Positions 12,700 through 26,903 of a DNA stretch of 64,000 nt are shown here, piece by piece. The notes beneath the pieces are model-generated. The model was not told the origin of the DNA. It did no database searches and saw only the letters and a program-made list of their open reading frames with translations. The DNA is taken from contig JAQFVV010000007.1 in the NCBI GenBank assembly GCA_028023455.1, positions 3,472,001 to 3,536,000 of the forward strand. Reading direction: 5' to 3'. Position 1 is the stretch's first letter, and every line of letters starts with the position of its first letter. The position numbers and the translations under genes were made by a program. The stretch comes from Epiperipatus broadwayi (lineage: Eukaryota > Animalia > Onychophora).

Positions 12700-13990
12700 A
12701 TGTTGGAACATAATGATCAAACTTAAAAGCTGCTATTTGTTTTAAGAATTAAAAATAATAAAAAAAGCAAAAGGAGATCTATAATATTCTGCTGAAAATA
12801 TAAAGAAAAAGAAATTAAGCTGTAATTGTGTTGAAAAAGTAGTTTATTGTAAAATTTTCCACACAATTTACAAAAATACATAATAAAACTTGATCAATCT
12901 AGAGTCAGGATCACTATTTTGATGATTAATAGAAAAACTAAAAATTTAGGTTTATATCAAAGTAAAGGCAACCAACCATTCTTGCAATCAGCTTATTTAA
13001 TTCTTAACATCATTATTTTACTAACACAAGATGAAAACATTATTTTTAAGCTTTATTGAATTACAAATAAAAACCTAGTCTATAAAAAAGAACTTTTAAT
13101 ATCCTGATTAAGAGACTTTTTTATTTATTGATAAAGTCAAAGCAAGGTCATCAGTATAAATTTCACACATTCTTTATACAAAAGATTACGAGAAATGTGT
13201 TCATCTTTTCATCTAAACAGCAGGGAAACATCTCATAATCTCAATATATTTTACAATAATAGACTAAAACATAATTCACTTCATAATATTTAAGACTAAC
13301 AATGAACTACAGACTAATTTATTTTTTCTCATCTATAAATAATTTCTAAATATAATTTCCTTACAAGTTGATTGGCACTACTTGAGATAAAGTGTCCATA
13401 CAAAAAAATAAAGAAATATTACTGGCATACTCAAGTCTATCCCTTTGGAGAGATTCCTGTTCTTTTGTGTATTCTTTCACTAGATATCAGAAGAAAAGTT
13501 ACATCACACAAAATTTATAAAAAGCTGTTAAGCAAGTCAGACTTCCAATAATTCAAGATGTAATTCCCCCACCTAAGACAGATCTCAGATCAAGATATTT
13601 TATTGATATTTAAATCAAGGATCTCTTAAAACAATTTGAGAAATATGGCACAGAAAATGAATTATTAATAAGGTTCCAACCAAATTTCTTTTTCCACACC
13701 TATTAATAAAGCTAGCTGGACATGATCTTTCTGGATGCTATTGGAGTCTCAACAATAGATTTGGGAGAACCCATAATCATTGCATCCCTCTATTCATAAA
13801 TGGAATTTAACAGTCACTGATTTAAATAGATATGGCAATCACAAACTATGAACCACATAACTAATGAATGTCAAACCTTGATTATAATAGCAGAATTAAT
13901 GGATTTAATAAAGCCATTAGTGAATTTATCTTTAGATTGAAATCTCTACAAGTTCCTTCATGATATTCTATTAATAGTTAAAGTTTTTTT
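12700..13990 (-). pseudogene. Old LINE reverse-transcriptase remnant
   Basis: Minus-strand CEIYTDDLALTLS (YxDD catalytic motif, 13158-13141) in a locally higher-complexity stretch. Clade not assignable; boundaries approximate. Confidence 0.45.
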
Positions 13991-16189
13991 TTTAAAAAAA
14001 AAAAAAAAAACAATTACATAGACCTTTAATTTGTTAAAAAAAAAAAAAAAAACAGAAGTTTATTTAAAATTTAAATTACATCAGCTGATATTTTTCCATC
14101 TTGAAGCAATCATAAATGATCATGCTTATTAATTAAATTTCTTTGGTTTTACTTGTTCTTTCTGAAATTGATGTGTAATATTTCATATAATTAACCCTTT
14201 TCTAAGAGTAATGCTAAAGATTTTATAAAATTTTAGAACATATTTAAAGTTAATATTGACTTTAAAATATTAAAACAATTAGACAGAGATTGTAAATTTT
14301 GATAAAAAGACTAGTTTATTAATTTTTCTATAAAAGAAAAGAGTTATTAAAAAAAAGGATATCACCCAGAGCATATTTAATTTCAATGAATATCAGATAT
14401 ATATTTATTTTATTTAATAAAGAATAAAGATATGCAGTAGTAAGGCTTTTCTTATTCTCATTTTTTCATAGAGTGGATGAATAAACACACACTCAGTAAA
14501 ATATATATAAATGTGCCTCTCAATTTATTATTAATAACTATGTTAGTATTATTTTTAAAAAGATTGTTTATATTATAATTTTAATTTATATATGTATTCA
14601 ATACATGTAAAAAAATTTCTGTTACATATATGTGTGTGTGTGTGTTAAAAAGTGTTGTCACTTGCAGTTCAGTAAAAATACATATTCTAGTTTAAACAAT
14701 GTTGATTAACAAAATGTGAGTTAATATATGCTAAATACATTTGTGTGCTAAGGTGCTTGGAACAGAATAATGCAATTTGCAATTCCACTGTATAATTAAA
14801 ATAATTTTCAATTACACTTTAAATAAAGAATAATATTCATAAGCAATTCTAAGTTCTAACTGAAGGCAACTAAATTTAACTATTCTACATTAACAGATAT
14901 ATTTTTTATGTGTTTGTGTGTGTATGACTGAATATGAATTTTTAGAAATCAGATAAATTTGAGTTCTGTTCTTACAACCACTAATTTCAAATTCACATTA
15001 TTCAATATGTAAACAAATAAAAATCTACAATATACAATTATAAATTATATCAAAAAATAATATATTCTGTCAATAAAAATGAGAAATGTAGATAATTATT
15101 AGTATAATTTAAACAATCACAAAGGTTAAATTCAGATATACAATACAAATCATAACAGGGAGATGCACAATCATTAATATTAATGTCCACTAGTAAATCA
15201 TAATTTAAAACACTTCAAAAATAAAATTCTTTAAATAATTTCAAATGTTTTCACTTCATTGCATTTCTAATGACCTAATTATTCACATTAAATTTAATTA
15301 CAACATTAATTTTCATTCATTTAACTCCACATTATACATGCACATAGTCTTAAAAAGGCATGCATCCCCTCTAGAATATGGCTCTAATTAAAAATAAACA
15401 ACTACATATATAAATAAAATAAAAAAATAGTTACAAAATTGTTTAAAAAAACATACTCTAAGAGATGTTAAAATTTTTTAGCAATTAAATATTGCTGTGT
15501 AGAATATTTTTCTTTTACTATTTATTTGTGCGCTTCCTTTTTAAACTACTTTAAGCATAACTGCCATAATTTTTATTTGCAAAAAAATTTAACACAAAAT
15601 TACTTTCAGATCTTTGCAGTATATGAAAATATATTCTTTATACATCCATAACATGAACAAGCAAAGTAACATCTAATTCTCATATAATAAATAAATTTGC
15701 AAAAAGGGTCAAAGAGAAAAAAAAAAAAAAACCCTTACCTTGATTTAATTATATATTTTAAAAAAAAATCTTAAAAATATATAAGTGCTTTACTTGTCAA
15801 TTTTTTTCTATTTTATGTTGTTGCAAATTTTAATTGAAAAAAGTACGGGAAAATCACTTTTTAAAAAAAATTTCAATAATAATTTTATTACTTTAAACTC
15901 TCAAAGATTCTTAGATAATTCTACCAATGAAAAATTCTGCCCACTATTGCAGTCCTCAAACATCTCAAATAGCTGATTATACGATAAACAAAGGAAACAA
16001 TTCTATTCATTTTAAAATAGTTTAAAATATATTTTAAAATTATTTTGAAGAATTTAACAATTATTATTATAACATGATAACAAAATTAAATTAGTAATAT
16101 TTCTCTTCCAACCTCTTAACAATAGAGTTTTTTTAAAAATATATTATTTAATGTTTGAGTACAAACTTCACTTTGAACTAAAAATCAGT

Positions 16190-16950
16190 CATCTTCAACT
16201 AAATGCAGTATTAATATTGTTTATATTTAATATTATTTATTAGTTTCTCCTGCTTTCCCTTTTCCTCACTGTATTTACAACTGCCTCTAACACATCTTTT
16301 AGTACTTCGCTACATAGAAGATATTCTTAATCTTAATATTCCAATATACTTTTCCAAATTGCATTAATAAAAATTTCCACTGTTTATTGGTCTTTATTTT
16401 TAAAAGTTCAAGATTCTGCTCCATGCAAATCATTTGTTTTATAAGTCCTTACTATTCCATAGTCAACAAAATCTTAATAAAAGATATTAAAAAGATTATT
16501 TAACTTTTATATTCTCTCTCTAATCATATTTTAACTATAATAAAGATTGAAAAAAATTTCAGTTTTTAGTTTTGTATAACTTCTCCAGCTTTACAATTAC
16601 ATTTTTACAGTTAGCTTACAACTGATGTTACTAAAATATTTACTTGATAATACTGTCAAGATATAATAGCTGTGCAAAAAAAAATTGGTATTTTCTTAAA
16701 ATCTCAGTGTTAACATTTAAAAATAGCAAAATAAAAGTAAAAAGTGACCACTATCAGAAGACTAACTAATTAGCTAAAAACTGATTTAATATTAAATAAT
16801 GACTTCTAATTTTAGTTTTATTCCTACTTATAAATTTATTTCCAATTTTTACAAACATTTCTTTATTATTTCAGCCTCACTGCCATATTATCAGCTAAAT
16901 CTTCTTTCTCCAGGATTAATTCCAGTATTTTCTAAACATTTATTTAACAG
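16190..16950 (-). mobile_element. Possible 3' remnant of an old RTE-like LINE
   Basis: Purine-rich minus strand resembling the 3' region of the 44.4-47.4 kb RTE family. No diagnostic motif intact. Confidence 0.25.
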
Positions 16951-19897
16951 CTCCTTAAAATAAATACTAAAAAGTTGAAAATAAACTTAAGTCCCTAGTT
17001 ATGCTTATCATTTATCTGCTATTCAATATATATATATATTGTGACCTTCCAGATATACCATGAAGGAGTGTGGGAAGTTCACATTGTCCCAATAGTGATC
17101 AGGTGTACTTAATAGATAAAAAAAAAATGAATTGTGACATAACTTAGTATATAATTTGGTTGAAAAGTTCTCAGGATGTTAGTTATGGTGTACCAATCAT
17201 TAAAATTTTTATTTTATGTATATCTAATAGTGGAAGAGGAAGATGGATTATATCAGGAATCGTTGGTATGAGAGCCAGGCCAGTGGGAATGAGTATTGTT
17301 TGTCTGTAAGCCATAATGAGTGCTTATTCATTAATTTTCTAACCTATTGTTTATTGCCATTCTAAGATTTGACTTGTATATTGAAACAGTAAGGTTTCCT
17401 TTGCAGATCTTCGTTTCACCTCTTTCCTACCCTCATACCTTAGTTTAAACTCCCAGTGTATCGTAGTGTGTCTGCAATGCGCTTATATGCTGAAAATCCC
17501 ACCCAATTTTAAACCACGAGTATAACGCTCATGTTATATATATATATTTGTTTCTAATTCCCAGTATAAATAAATATTGTAAATTATGTGTATGTACACG
17601 TAAAAAAGATTTGTTTCAAAAGTAGGTTATATAGGTCGTAATTGCACACACACTGTGATATATTTATTTTCAAAACCTTAGGTAAAATAATAATTTGTTG
17701 TTTAAAATTATTTCTGTTTAAATCTATTTATAAAAAAATAATATATTCGTAATATTTGTTTTAGTTTAAAACAAAATTATATTTGTCCCATAAATAGATT
17801 TAAACATTGAAAATTAAAAGTAAAATAATTTTGTTTTAGATTTTAAAAATACGCCACATATTTTCTGTTTAAAATAAATGAGGGTTGGTAAGAACAATAG
17901 TTTAATTAATGTTCTAGGAGCTTATCTAGAAATACAGCAGATGTCCACTTAAGGTAGTTTTTTTTAAATTAGCAAAAGTTTTTTTTTATTAAATCAAAGT
18001 TTTAATTCGAATGTCTACAGGAAAATTAACAATAAAAATTAATTAAAATTTTGTTGAATTCCTTTGGATGTTCGGATGGACTTGATTAGAGCATTGATAA
18101 GATAGCAAATTTTTGTATATTTTGTACTGCTCCAGGGCAGTTCTATTGTACAGTTCTGCTATATATAGAAGGGTTTTCTTTTGTTCTATTCATTCTGAAT
18201 TTTCTAGGCATTCTGATTATTCTAATTCATACTGATTTTTCTGAGCATTCTGAGGCATTCTGTTTGATTCTGACTATTCTTTCAGCATTTTGATTTTCTA
18301 ATTTTATTCTATTGCTGTTCTGACAGTTTGCTAGTAGCCTGCAAGTTTAAATATTTGAAGCCGAGTTTTCATCTTCAAATAGATTTTACAGTTTTCTAAA
18401 ATATTGCTTTTGAAGTTCTCTGAAACATCCAGACTTTAAAACTGCCATCTTAAAATGACCGAGTAAAGCCGGCAAGAGGGCTATTTTCCTTTCGGAAATG
18501 GCCATCCACTGCACATCAATGCCATCTGATGCCTTCACATAAGAAGCCCTAAAACTGCCACCGCTGCTTAAAATGTGAACTGTAACCAGAATTTGCTGCC
18601 AAGCCTTATGAGTGCTGCTACAATCAAGTTGGAAAAGTCTCCACCTGAAATTACCTGCAAATGCTTACGTCTGGCAAGGTAGCCCAAAATTAACCCAAGA
18701 GCTCTTGTGATCATATACTCCTATTATTAAGCTATAGCTAATTCACTTATTTCTATTTTACTTTACCTGATAATTCTGTTTTCTTTCTTTAAATGCTGTA
18801 ATTTAATTAGTATTTTTGTCTCTAAACTTGGGTTAATATTTTGTATTTTAATCTGTTTTTCTTTTATGATAGTGTACCAGTATAGTCATCAACCAAGCGA
18901 ATTACTCCCTTTTATTTAAATCAAGTCGCTGCCATTAAGGCATTTTAAATTATAAGTTTTGTCCTATTTCATTATCTCATTGAATCGCTCATTCGAGGTC
19001 TATCTTACTCTTATTCAAATATATAATAATTTTACAGTTAAAATCCACATGCTTATTGGTTTTAACATATGAGAATATGTGTGAGGTCAATGAGTAAATA
19101 TTTAAAAAATGCATGATTGCGTAATTAACATCTATTTTCTTTTAAAACTCCGCAAACATGCATTCTCCCACTTTAAAAATGTTTTATTGTTTTTATGAAT
19201 TTCCAAGCTTATAATTTTGAGGTCGAGAATGGGCAGACTTTCTTAAAATAAATATTTGGGGAATTGATTAGGCACTTTCTTCAATTAAGTGAATCCTTTT
19301 TAAAGTGCTTTATATACTTTATTTGAATGTTGCTAGTAGGTGTATTGGGTGTCTTGAGATCACTTTGCTCCTCCTAAGGGCTTAAACGGCTAAGACCGTT
19401 TCCCCTTCACTTTCTGCGGTTCCCAGTCAGAGTGTGTACTTAAATTGTCACACCTGGGAATTCTACGCAATTGTCACCCAGTCGCTAATGTTTGGACGAG
19501 TCCAGACTTCGGCTGCCTGTGACACCACCTTCTACGGGTTTAGGGCAAGATGCCTTCCCATATTTTCTTCATTTTTTTTATATAATTATTTATTTGCAAA
19601 GGTCCAGTGGTTTAAATGTATCACACCCTCCATCCTTTACAGAAACTCCTCACTAGCACCACCGACTTCCCAATAATTATTTTTATAAATATAAATGCCT
19701 TAATCACGTCCCCACCTTATAGCTTAACAAGCATTAGTCCATTCTATTCTCGAATTCAAGAGTATTATATTTAACTTTAATGTTGCTAAATATTTTATTA
19801 AACTATTTCTCATTTACTCAAAGCGTCTCACATATCTTCACTAACTCTTAGACACATTATCGTAATATTATATTAGACCGAGGTATAGAGAATGCAT

Positions 19898-20126
19898 TCA
19901 TCATCATCATCATCATCAACCATTATCAATCCACTGCAGGATGAAGGTCTCTCCAAGTTTAATCCATCTTCTCCGATCTTTAGCTTTTCTTCTCCACAAC
20001 ACCCCTGCACATTTTCTTATTTCATCCATCCATCTCACATGTGGTCTCTTTCTGGGTCTTTTACAATCTCTTGGAATCCAGTTTAAAATTTCAATTGTCC
20101 ATCTATTATCATCTCTTCTAGCAATA
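19898..20126 (-). mobile_element. Short 5'-truncated RTE (family 1, copy D) inserted in LTR copy 2
   Basis: Encodes IARRDDNRWTIEILNWIPRDCKRPRKRPHVRWMDEIRK; (TGA)n tail; absent from the homologous position of LTR copy 1 (~1400). Confidence 0.92.
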
Positions 20127-20469
20127 ACCACCCGTAAATGTAAATTGTCATTAATATTGTTTTAAATAAATCTTAGTAAACATTGCTGTCTAACATATGC
20201 AGACAGTGGGCGTATTATATATATATTTTGATATTTTAATAAATCTTTTAAATCTACTAACTTTTGAATCAATCTACTAACTTTTGATTCTTTATTTTCT
20301 TGATCCATATCACTGTCTCGGTCTAGACCTTTTATACATTTCTTTTGTACCATCCATAGACGTTAGTTAGCAAACCCAAACTTATATCGTAGTATAGAAT
20401 CTCTTTGTTTCTCCCTGACCACCAGGTACCGGTAAAGGGATATATTATTAGTAGCATCAAATACGTTAT

Positions 20470-20541
20470 CACATAGGTGGTGCTGTGGAATTTAGACTTT
20501 AGATTCGAACCTATGATATCTAGAAGGCAACCCCTCCTAGA
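20470..20541. promoter_or_regulatory. CTCF-like + B-box + hairpin cluster in LTR copy 2
   Basis: CACATAGGTGGTGCTG (20470-20485); GATTCGAACC (20502-20511; reverse complement GGTTCGAATC, canonical B-box); hairpin at 20519-20541 with one mismatch. Confidence 0.45.
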
Positions 20542-22099
20542 GTGTTCAGTTTCGTGTTTGGGGTTTGAATTATGCAGTGTGTTAGCGAGATAGACGAATC
20601 TGACCATTACAATATGTGGGTGTGTGTGTCCAGTCACATCATCTCACACTTCACATTTCATTCATATTTTTAATTATCACTCAGGATATCCATCTTGCAA
20701 TAACATTATTTATTTGCCATAGAAATTGCTAATAGCTCAGTCATTAATAATAGACCTCTGGATCAATGAAAAGACAAACACACACACACACCATTAGTTA
20801 ATATGATTTTTTTTTTATTAATTATTTATTGTATAAAATCTTGCATTTAAAAAAATGTAAAAGTTATTTATTTTATTTATTATTAATTAATATTTGTAAC
20901 TTAATATTTTTTTTTTCTTTTTGTGTCAAAACTCTATTCCTAACTTTTTTTTGTACAAGCAATAAGTTCTTGCATATTGTTAGCCTCATTATAACTAAAA
21001 AAAGGCGTGAATAAGTAGACAGAAGACTTCAAAAAGTAGACAAAAGACTTTAGAAAAGAAAAGTTTAGAGAAGGTGAAATATTTTCTAAAAAAAAGAAAT
21101 ATAATAAAACAAGTGAACTTAATATTTAAGATTCCCTACTCTGTCTTTCTAATAAGGAAACTTCTTTTCTACTACTCAAGCATAAAGACCAATGTGTCAT
21201 TGTGAAGAACAAAGGATAATATTATTCAATATGAAAGGATAAGCTTTTAGAGGTACACCAGTTTCTAACTTTTATCAGCTAACAATTTGAACTTATTTTA
21301 TTCATAATGCATAGATATTATTTAGAAAAATCGCTAATACAATTTTACTATAATGTATTTATAATAAATAGTGTGTCACTGGAATTGTGTAAAGTAATAA
21401 TAATGATATTAATTGGAAAATATATGCTGAACTGTATAATGGAATATTTTATTGACTCTTATTTAATAAATTTTCAATTTTTATTGTGTAAAATAAGGTT
21501 GAAGAAGAGAAATTATTCATTCTAATATTTTACATTATTGGAATAATTATGTATACTAAATTACCTTACCATTCACACCCATAGGAGTGATAGAATGCGA
21601 GTCTTAATGATATTTAATAATCATTTATCAGAAACATGCATAAACATGGATGACCAAATAACCCTGATCTTGATCATTATGAAAATATACTAAATGTTGG
21701 AAATTTTAAACCAAACAGAGTTTATGAAAAATAAATTGATTCAAATGCGTGCAAAAGTTGCTTATAATGTCCATTAGGAAATCCTAAGAACATTGGAGGT
21801 TATTGCTGTTTTTGCCAAATTCATGTTTAACCTGCAGGAATAATGTTTGTATATTTTAGTGTTTGTCTATTCGTCTTATCAGCATGAACTACATGTGTGT
21901 TTCTGCTTTAAAGTTTCAAGTATGAACTATAAAAATAAAAAAAAAGAACTTTTATTTTAATGACAGATGGTTTGATATATGATAGATCTATAGATGTATT
22001 TATTTATTTATTTTCTTTTGTCTTTAATTTGGTATTAATTTGGTTTATTATTATTATATACTTATATGCCTATCTCCTCTAGAATGTCTCGGAGATTTT

Positions 22100-22950
22100 G
22101 GTATAAGTTATACCAAATGGATAATATTTTTCTTTTGTTGTATTATGTAAAATATTGTATATTCCCACGCTCATATTATTGGTGCAAATTGCATGCTTTA
22201 TCATCATTCATTAGTTGGTAATAGTAAATAAATACATGAAAACACTTATGCCAGTATTGCTGAATGGTCAGATTTATTGGATAGTATTTACACTAATTTG
22301 AAATCCAATGTTCATAATTTTTCATAGATATTAGATTCATTTATAATGTAATTAATGCTAATATTGTCTGATGTGATTTCAAAAATATTTCATATATTAT
22401 CATATATTTGTGTGTGTGTTCGCTATCAGAAGCTATTATATGAGTCAAATTTATGCTTATTTGTTTCTTATCGGTTGCGGCTGGTGCTATGGCTAAAGAT
22501 TGTGAAAATTTAAGAGTTTGTCTGTTATCGATTTGTCTTATATGAAGTGCATTAGATGCCTTTTAAGTGGAGACATGATTGAGAGGATGATCATGCTATT
22601 CGGATTGATTTACGCTCACGTTACTTATTTATCTATTGAAGCCATGGATGGTAGTATATTTTCTTATTTGATAGTATGTGATAGCGAAGTGATAGATGCC
22701 CCATTTATTCATAATAAGTCGGCTGAGTTCCGCATCATTTGTGTTAGAAGAGTTGATTGTTACTATGTTGAAGAATTAAGTTGATATTTAGAGTTGTTGT
22801 TAACCCCCACATGCATGTATGTAAATAATTATTTGATATTATTTTGCTCTCCCCCTTCATTCCTCATATTTATCGTCATGTAGTATATGTTAGTTATTTC
22901 GGATAAATATTTTAGTGACTTCTGTAATATACTTGAAGTTGGATTTATAA
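22100..22950 (-). pseudogene. Old LINE remnant (post-RT region, I/Jockey-like)
   Basis: Frameshifted minus-strand fragments resembling KYLG, RPxxEYGASI and ERKSIRIA, in the expected order. Locally more GC- and CpG-rich than the flanks. Confidence 0.35.
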
Positions 22951-23587
22951 TTTAGTGATTAGCTCATTGTACCATTTGTATTGTGAAGTTTATTCATTCC
23001 GCAAGTCAACCGATGGAAATATAATCAATAAAATGCATTGTGATTATGAATTTATAAATGTGCACACATTTGGAGATATGATAAACCTAAAGATACAGAA
23101 GAAGAAGACCATCGCTGGAATTGTAAGTTTAAGTAGCTTGACAAATCATATCACCCACATTATCATTATTTCATTTATTATTATTATTATTACTGGCAAT
23201 TCATCCTCTCAGTAGGAATGTAATATTATATTATAAAATTTTACTTTATTTAAGGCTGGTTTTAATAAAATTATTACTTAATCTCATATAGTAAATATAG
23301 ATTTGTAGGCATACTAATTTAACAAATGAAGTTATAAATATTATTGAAATAACAGACAAGAGGAAGAGCCTCCAAATATTAAGTGTTGTTTTATATAATT
23401 TAAATGTTATTTTATTTTATTTAAATGCTGTTTAGTCAAGTTTATAATTAATGTAAATTACTGTTAAATCATCATCGATGTGTTTGTAAAAGAATGTGTC
23501 TTATAATAAATGTTTGTTGAAGTAAGATTCCCTCTGAATTATTTTATCATCTACGTTCGATTGACTATTTCCACACACACTAATATT

Positions 23588-23783
23588 TATCAGTTTAATA
23601 GTATATGCAATCTATCTCGATAACACTGAATTAATTGATCTAAACATTGTAAAATGCCAAGAATAGATTATACCTTATTAAAAACTGTATTACCTATCAG
23701 TTTAATGGTATATGCCATTTATTTAAATAATACTGAATTAATTGATCCAAAACATTGTATCATGCCAAGACATAGATTTTACC
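23588..23783. repeat. Diverged tandem duplication, ~107-bp period, 2 copies
   Basis: TATCAGTTTAAT..CTGAATTAATTGATC..AAACATTGTA..ATGCCAAGA..TAGATT starts at 23588 and again at 23695. Confidence 0.85.
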
Positions 23784-24623
23784 TGATGTGGGATAAAAAT
23801 GTACCCGATCCTTATCATTGTCTATCCTTTATTTTATTGTAATAATTGTCAGTTTCATAATAGTTCTCATTATTTAATAATCATGTTATATTAGAATTGA
23901 CTTATTATTCATATAACAGAGCCCTGAGATTATTTCATCATTTAAATAAACATTGATATAGCTGTGATATCCAAATTAAATGCCAGTAGCCAAATATTAG
24001 ATGAGTGGCATGATTGGTCTAGCATGTACTTGGATGGTGAGAGAATTGAACATATGATTCTTGATTTAATCCACAAATTGCTTTCTTTTGATAACTTAAA
24101 TAAGTGTTTATAATATAACTAAATAACCATTATAATTATTGTTTATAAATGCTTCTCTCATCCCCATTTGCATTCTAGATACCCTATAACCCCCAACTGA
24201 GCTAAGCTGTAGATTAATAGTATAATAAGAGTGTTATCCATAAGTAGAGATGCAACCTAAATTATAAATTTATTCTATCTTGTATAGAATTGGTGCCTGG
24301 GCATTTATTTGTATATAAAGTGATATAGGTGAAGATTGTAGAGGTTACAATATATTATATTATTATTCTTTCCTTCAATCTATATCTTTGTTTTTCCAAA
24401 TATCCAAAAGAATAACCTAAAACACTTTGAAAAATCTCTACAATTGTATCTTATCATCCTGTCTAAATCTAATAGTTTCCATAAATAAAAACATCTATTA
24501 TATCTTCCAATCACTACATTAAGTATTTTCCCAATAACTTCTAAGAAAAAAATTGTTAGCCATTTATCTGAATCACAAGTAATAACAATTATTAATTAAT
24601 TCTCTCAAAGCCTTTTGACCTAA

Positions 24624-24701
24624 AACTTTTATCAAAACAAATGTAATTCAAATCCAAATGTTATAACTTTTATCAAAACAAAGGTCATTCAAATTCATAT
24701 G
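24624..24701. repeat. Tandem duplication, 41-bp period, 2 copies
   Basis: AACTTTTATCAAAACAAA..ATTCAAAT at 24624 and 24665. Confidence 0.8.
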
Positions 24702-24939
24702 ATATTTTTGCTTTGTCTACAATTTCTTCTTCTATTACTGAACAATACTAATTACTACTAATAATAAAATGTATTTTTTTTTTTTTTTAAATCAAGATAG
24801 CTTTCCATTTTTCAATATAACTTCATTCATTAATAATTATTTAATATCTGCCTGTGATTAATCATATTGTCCAAATTTCTGTGTAATACTATTAATTATT
24901 AAACATGTCTATCTTTTTCAATATTAAATTTTTCATGTC

Positions 24940-26903
24940 TCATCATCATCATTATCAACCATTATCAATCCACTGCAGGATGAAGGTCTCTCCAAGTTTA
25001 ATCCATCTTCTCCGATCTTTAGCTTCTTTTCTCCACATCACCCCTGCACACTTTCTTATTTCATCCATCCATCTCACGTGGTCTCTTTATGGGTCTTTTA
25101 CAATCTCTTGGAATCCAGTTTAAAATTTCAATTGTCCATCTATTATCATCTCTTCTAGCAATATGTCCAGCCCAACTCCACTTCAATCTTTTAATTTTTT
25201 CAATGAGGTCAGTAACACCTGTTTGTTCTCTTACCCATACATTGTGTTTTCGATCTCTTCTTGTTACTCCCAACATACATCTCTCCATACTTCTTTGAGT
25301 GGTCTGAAGTCTCTGTATTGCTCTTCTATTAAGTGTCCAAGTCTCAGATCCATAAGTAAGAACAGGTAAAACACATTTGTCAAAAACCTTCCTTTTCAAA
25401 CACATAGGCATATTTCCTTTTAGTATCAAGTTATTTCTACCAAAAGCACTCCAACCAAGTTTAATTCTATGATTAATTTCTTCCATTATGTTTCCATCTG
25501 TATTAATAATCTAACCAAGATATTTGTAACTGTTAACTTCTTCTAATTCATCATAATCAATCTTTATTTTCATATTTTGAGCAAATCGATTAAACATTAC
25601 TTTAGTCTTTTTAACATTTATCTTTAATCCTACTTTCCTACTTTCATCTGATAATTCCTGCAACATATCCTGCAGCTCTGAAGCATTATTTGCAAAAACA
25701 ACTACATCATCTGCAAAATCTAAATGACTTAAATAATCTCCATTTACTTTCACTCCTTTAGTTTCCCATTTTAATCCACAAAATACTTCTTGCAGCACTG
25801 CTGTAAAAAGTTTTGGAGATTTGGAGTCACCTTGTCTTACACCTTTCTCAATGTTGACTTTCCCAGTATCATTATGTAATCTAATTGTTGCTGTTGCATT
25901 TTTATAAATATTCTTTAAAATATGACAATATCCTGGATCTATACTTTGATGATCCAATGCTTTAATCACTGAAGAAATGTTTATAGAATCAAATGCCTTT
26001 TCATAATCTACAAATCCAAAACATAATGACAACTCATATTCATTTGTCCTTTCTATAACTTCTCTCAACACCTGGATATGATCTACTGTACTAAAACCAC
26101 TTTTAAATCCAGCTTGTTCTCTTGGTTGGTGGAAATCCAATGTTCTCTCTCTGTAGACGAGTTGTAATTATCTTGGTAAAAATTTTATATAAAACTGATA
26201 AAAGGCTGATGGGTCTGTAATTTCTAATATCTTCTTTATCACCTTTTTTAAATATTAATATTATTACTGCATTCTTCCAATCATCCGGTACATCTTTATC
26301 ATTTAGACATTTGGTATATAACTTTGCTAAAAAAATTTATGTTTCTTCACCTGCTTCTTTTAATATATCAATTATAATTCCATCATTACCTGGAGCCTTT
26401 CCTTTCTTCATACATTTAATTGCATGTCTCACTTCTTCATTTAAAATTCTGGGCAATTCGGAAGATGTAATAGATATAGGAGGTACTTGTTCTTTATTAC
26501 TATATAATTCTTGATAAAAATCTTCTACCAATTTCATGATGTCATCTCTCTTTTTAGAAATAATTCCATCTTTTTTTCTTATTGCAGATATCCCAAAATG
26601 TTGTTTTACATTCTTAAGACTTTTATTTTCTTCTACAGCTTTCCTTGCTAGTTCACAGTTATACTTTCTTATATCATTTTCAACTCTTTTCCGCACCATT
26701 TTACAAAATTCGAGATATTCAATTCTTTTTAATGCATCATTTTTGTATTTCTTCATATTCCTTCTTTTCTTCATAAATTCTCTAGTCTCAGTAGAAATTT
26801 TATTGGTCAATTGCTGCTTTTTTCTACCAGCTATCTTTGTTGCAGTTTTTAAAAGTCTATCAGTTATTTTCATATTAATTTCATTCAAATCTGAATCATG
26901 TTC
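24940..26903 (-). mobile_element. Young 5'-truncated RTE-clade LINE (family 1, copy B), RT pseudogene
   Basis: ORF pieces 26337-26906, 25511-26140 (QAGFKSGFSTVDHI, FVDYEKAFDS, GVRQGDS, DFADDVV) and 25061-25486; (TGA)n tail. Lesions: +4-nt CT slippage (~26145), CAG>TAG stop (25511-25513), 15-bp in-frame deletion relative to copy C. Confidence 0.95.

Larger units (their letters stand above)
17382..20611. mobile_element. Long solo LTR (copy 2, inverted relative to copy 1), 3230 bp including an RTE insertion
   Basis: Begins TGAAACAGT and ends CATTACA. 4-bp TSD ATAT at 17378-17381 and 20612-20615. Reverse complement matches 929-3610, with near-identical ends and a more diverged interior. Confidence 0.85.

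Noticed and set aside
13141-13158. CTGATGA on the minus strand as a hammerhead core (similar words at ~10225, ~33568, ~44141, ~45082, ~46018, ~54299)
   Set aside because: None has a stem II plus GAAA. Those at 13150 and 45082 are the xTDD codons of RT catalytic motifs.
929-20611. One giant composite transposon bounded by 2.7-kb inverted repeats
   Set aside because: Each repeat has its own distinct 4-bp TSD, so they inserted independently.
22518-22784. 88-aa plus-strand ORF as a novel or viral gene
   Set aside because: No recognisable motif; better explained as the antisense frame of a LINE remnant.
24003-24275. tRNA-derived SINE (A-box-like TGGCATGATTGG at 24006)
   Set aside because: The B-box is too degenerate, and there is no second copy or clear tail in the window.
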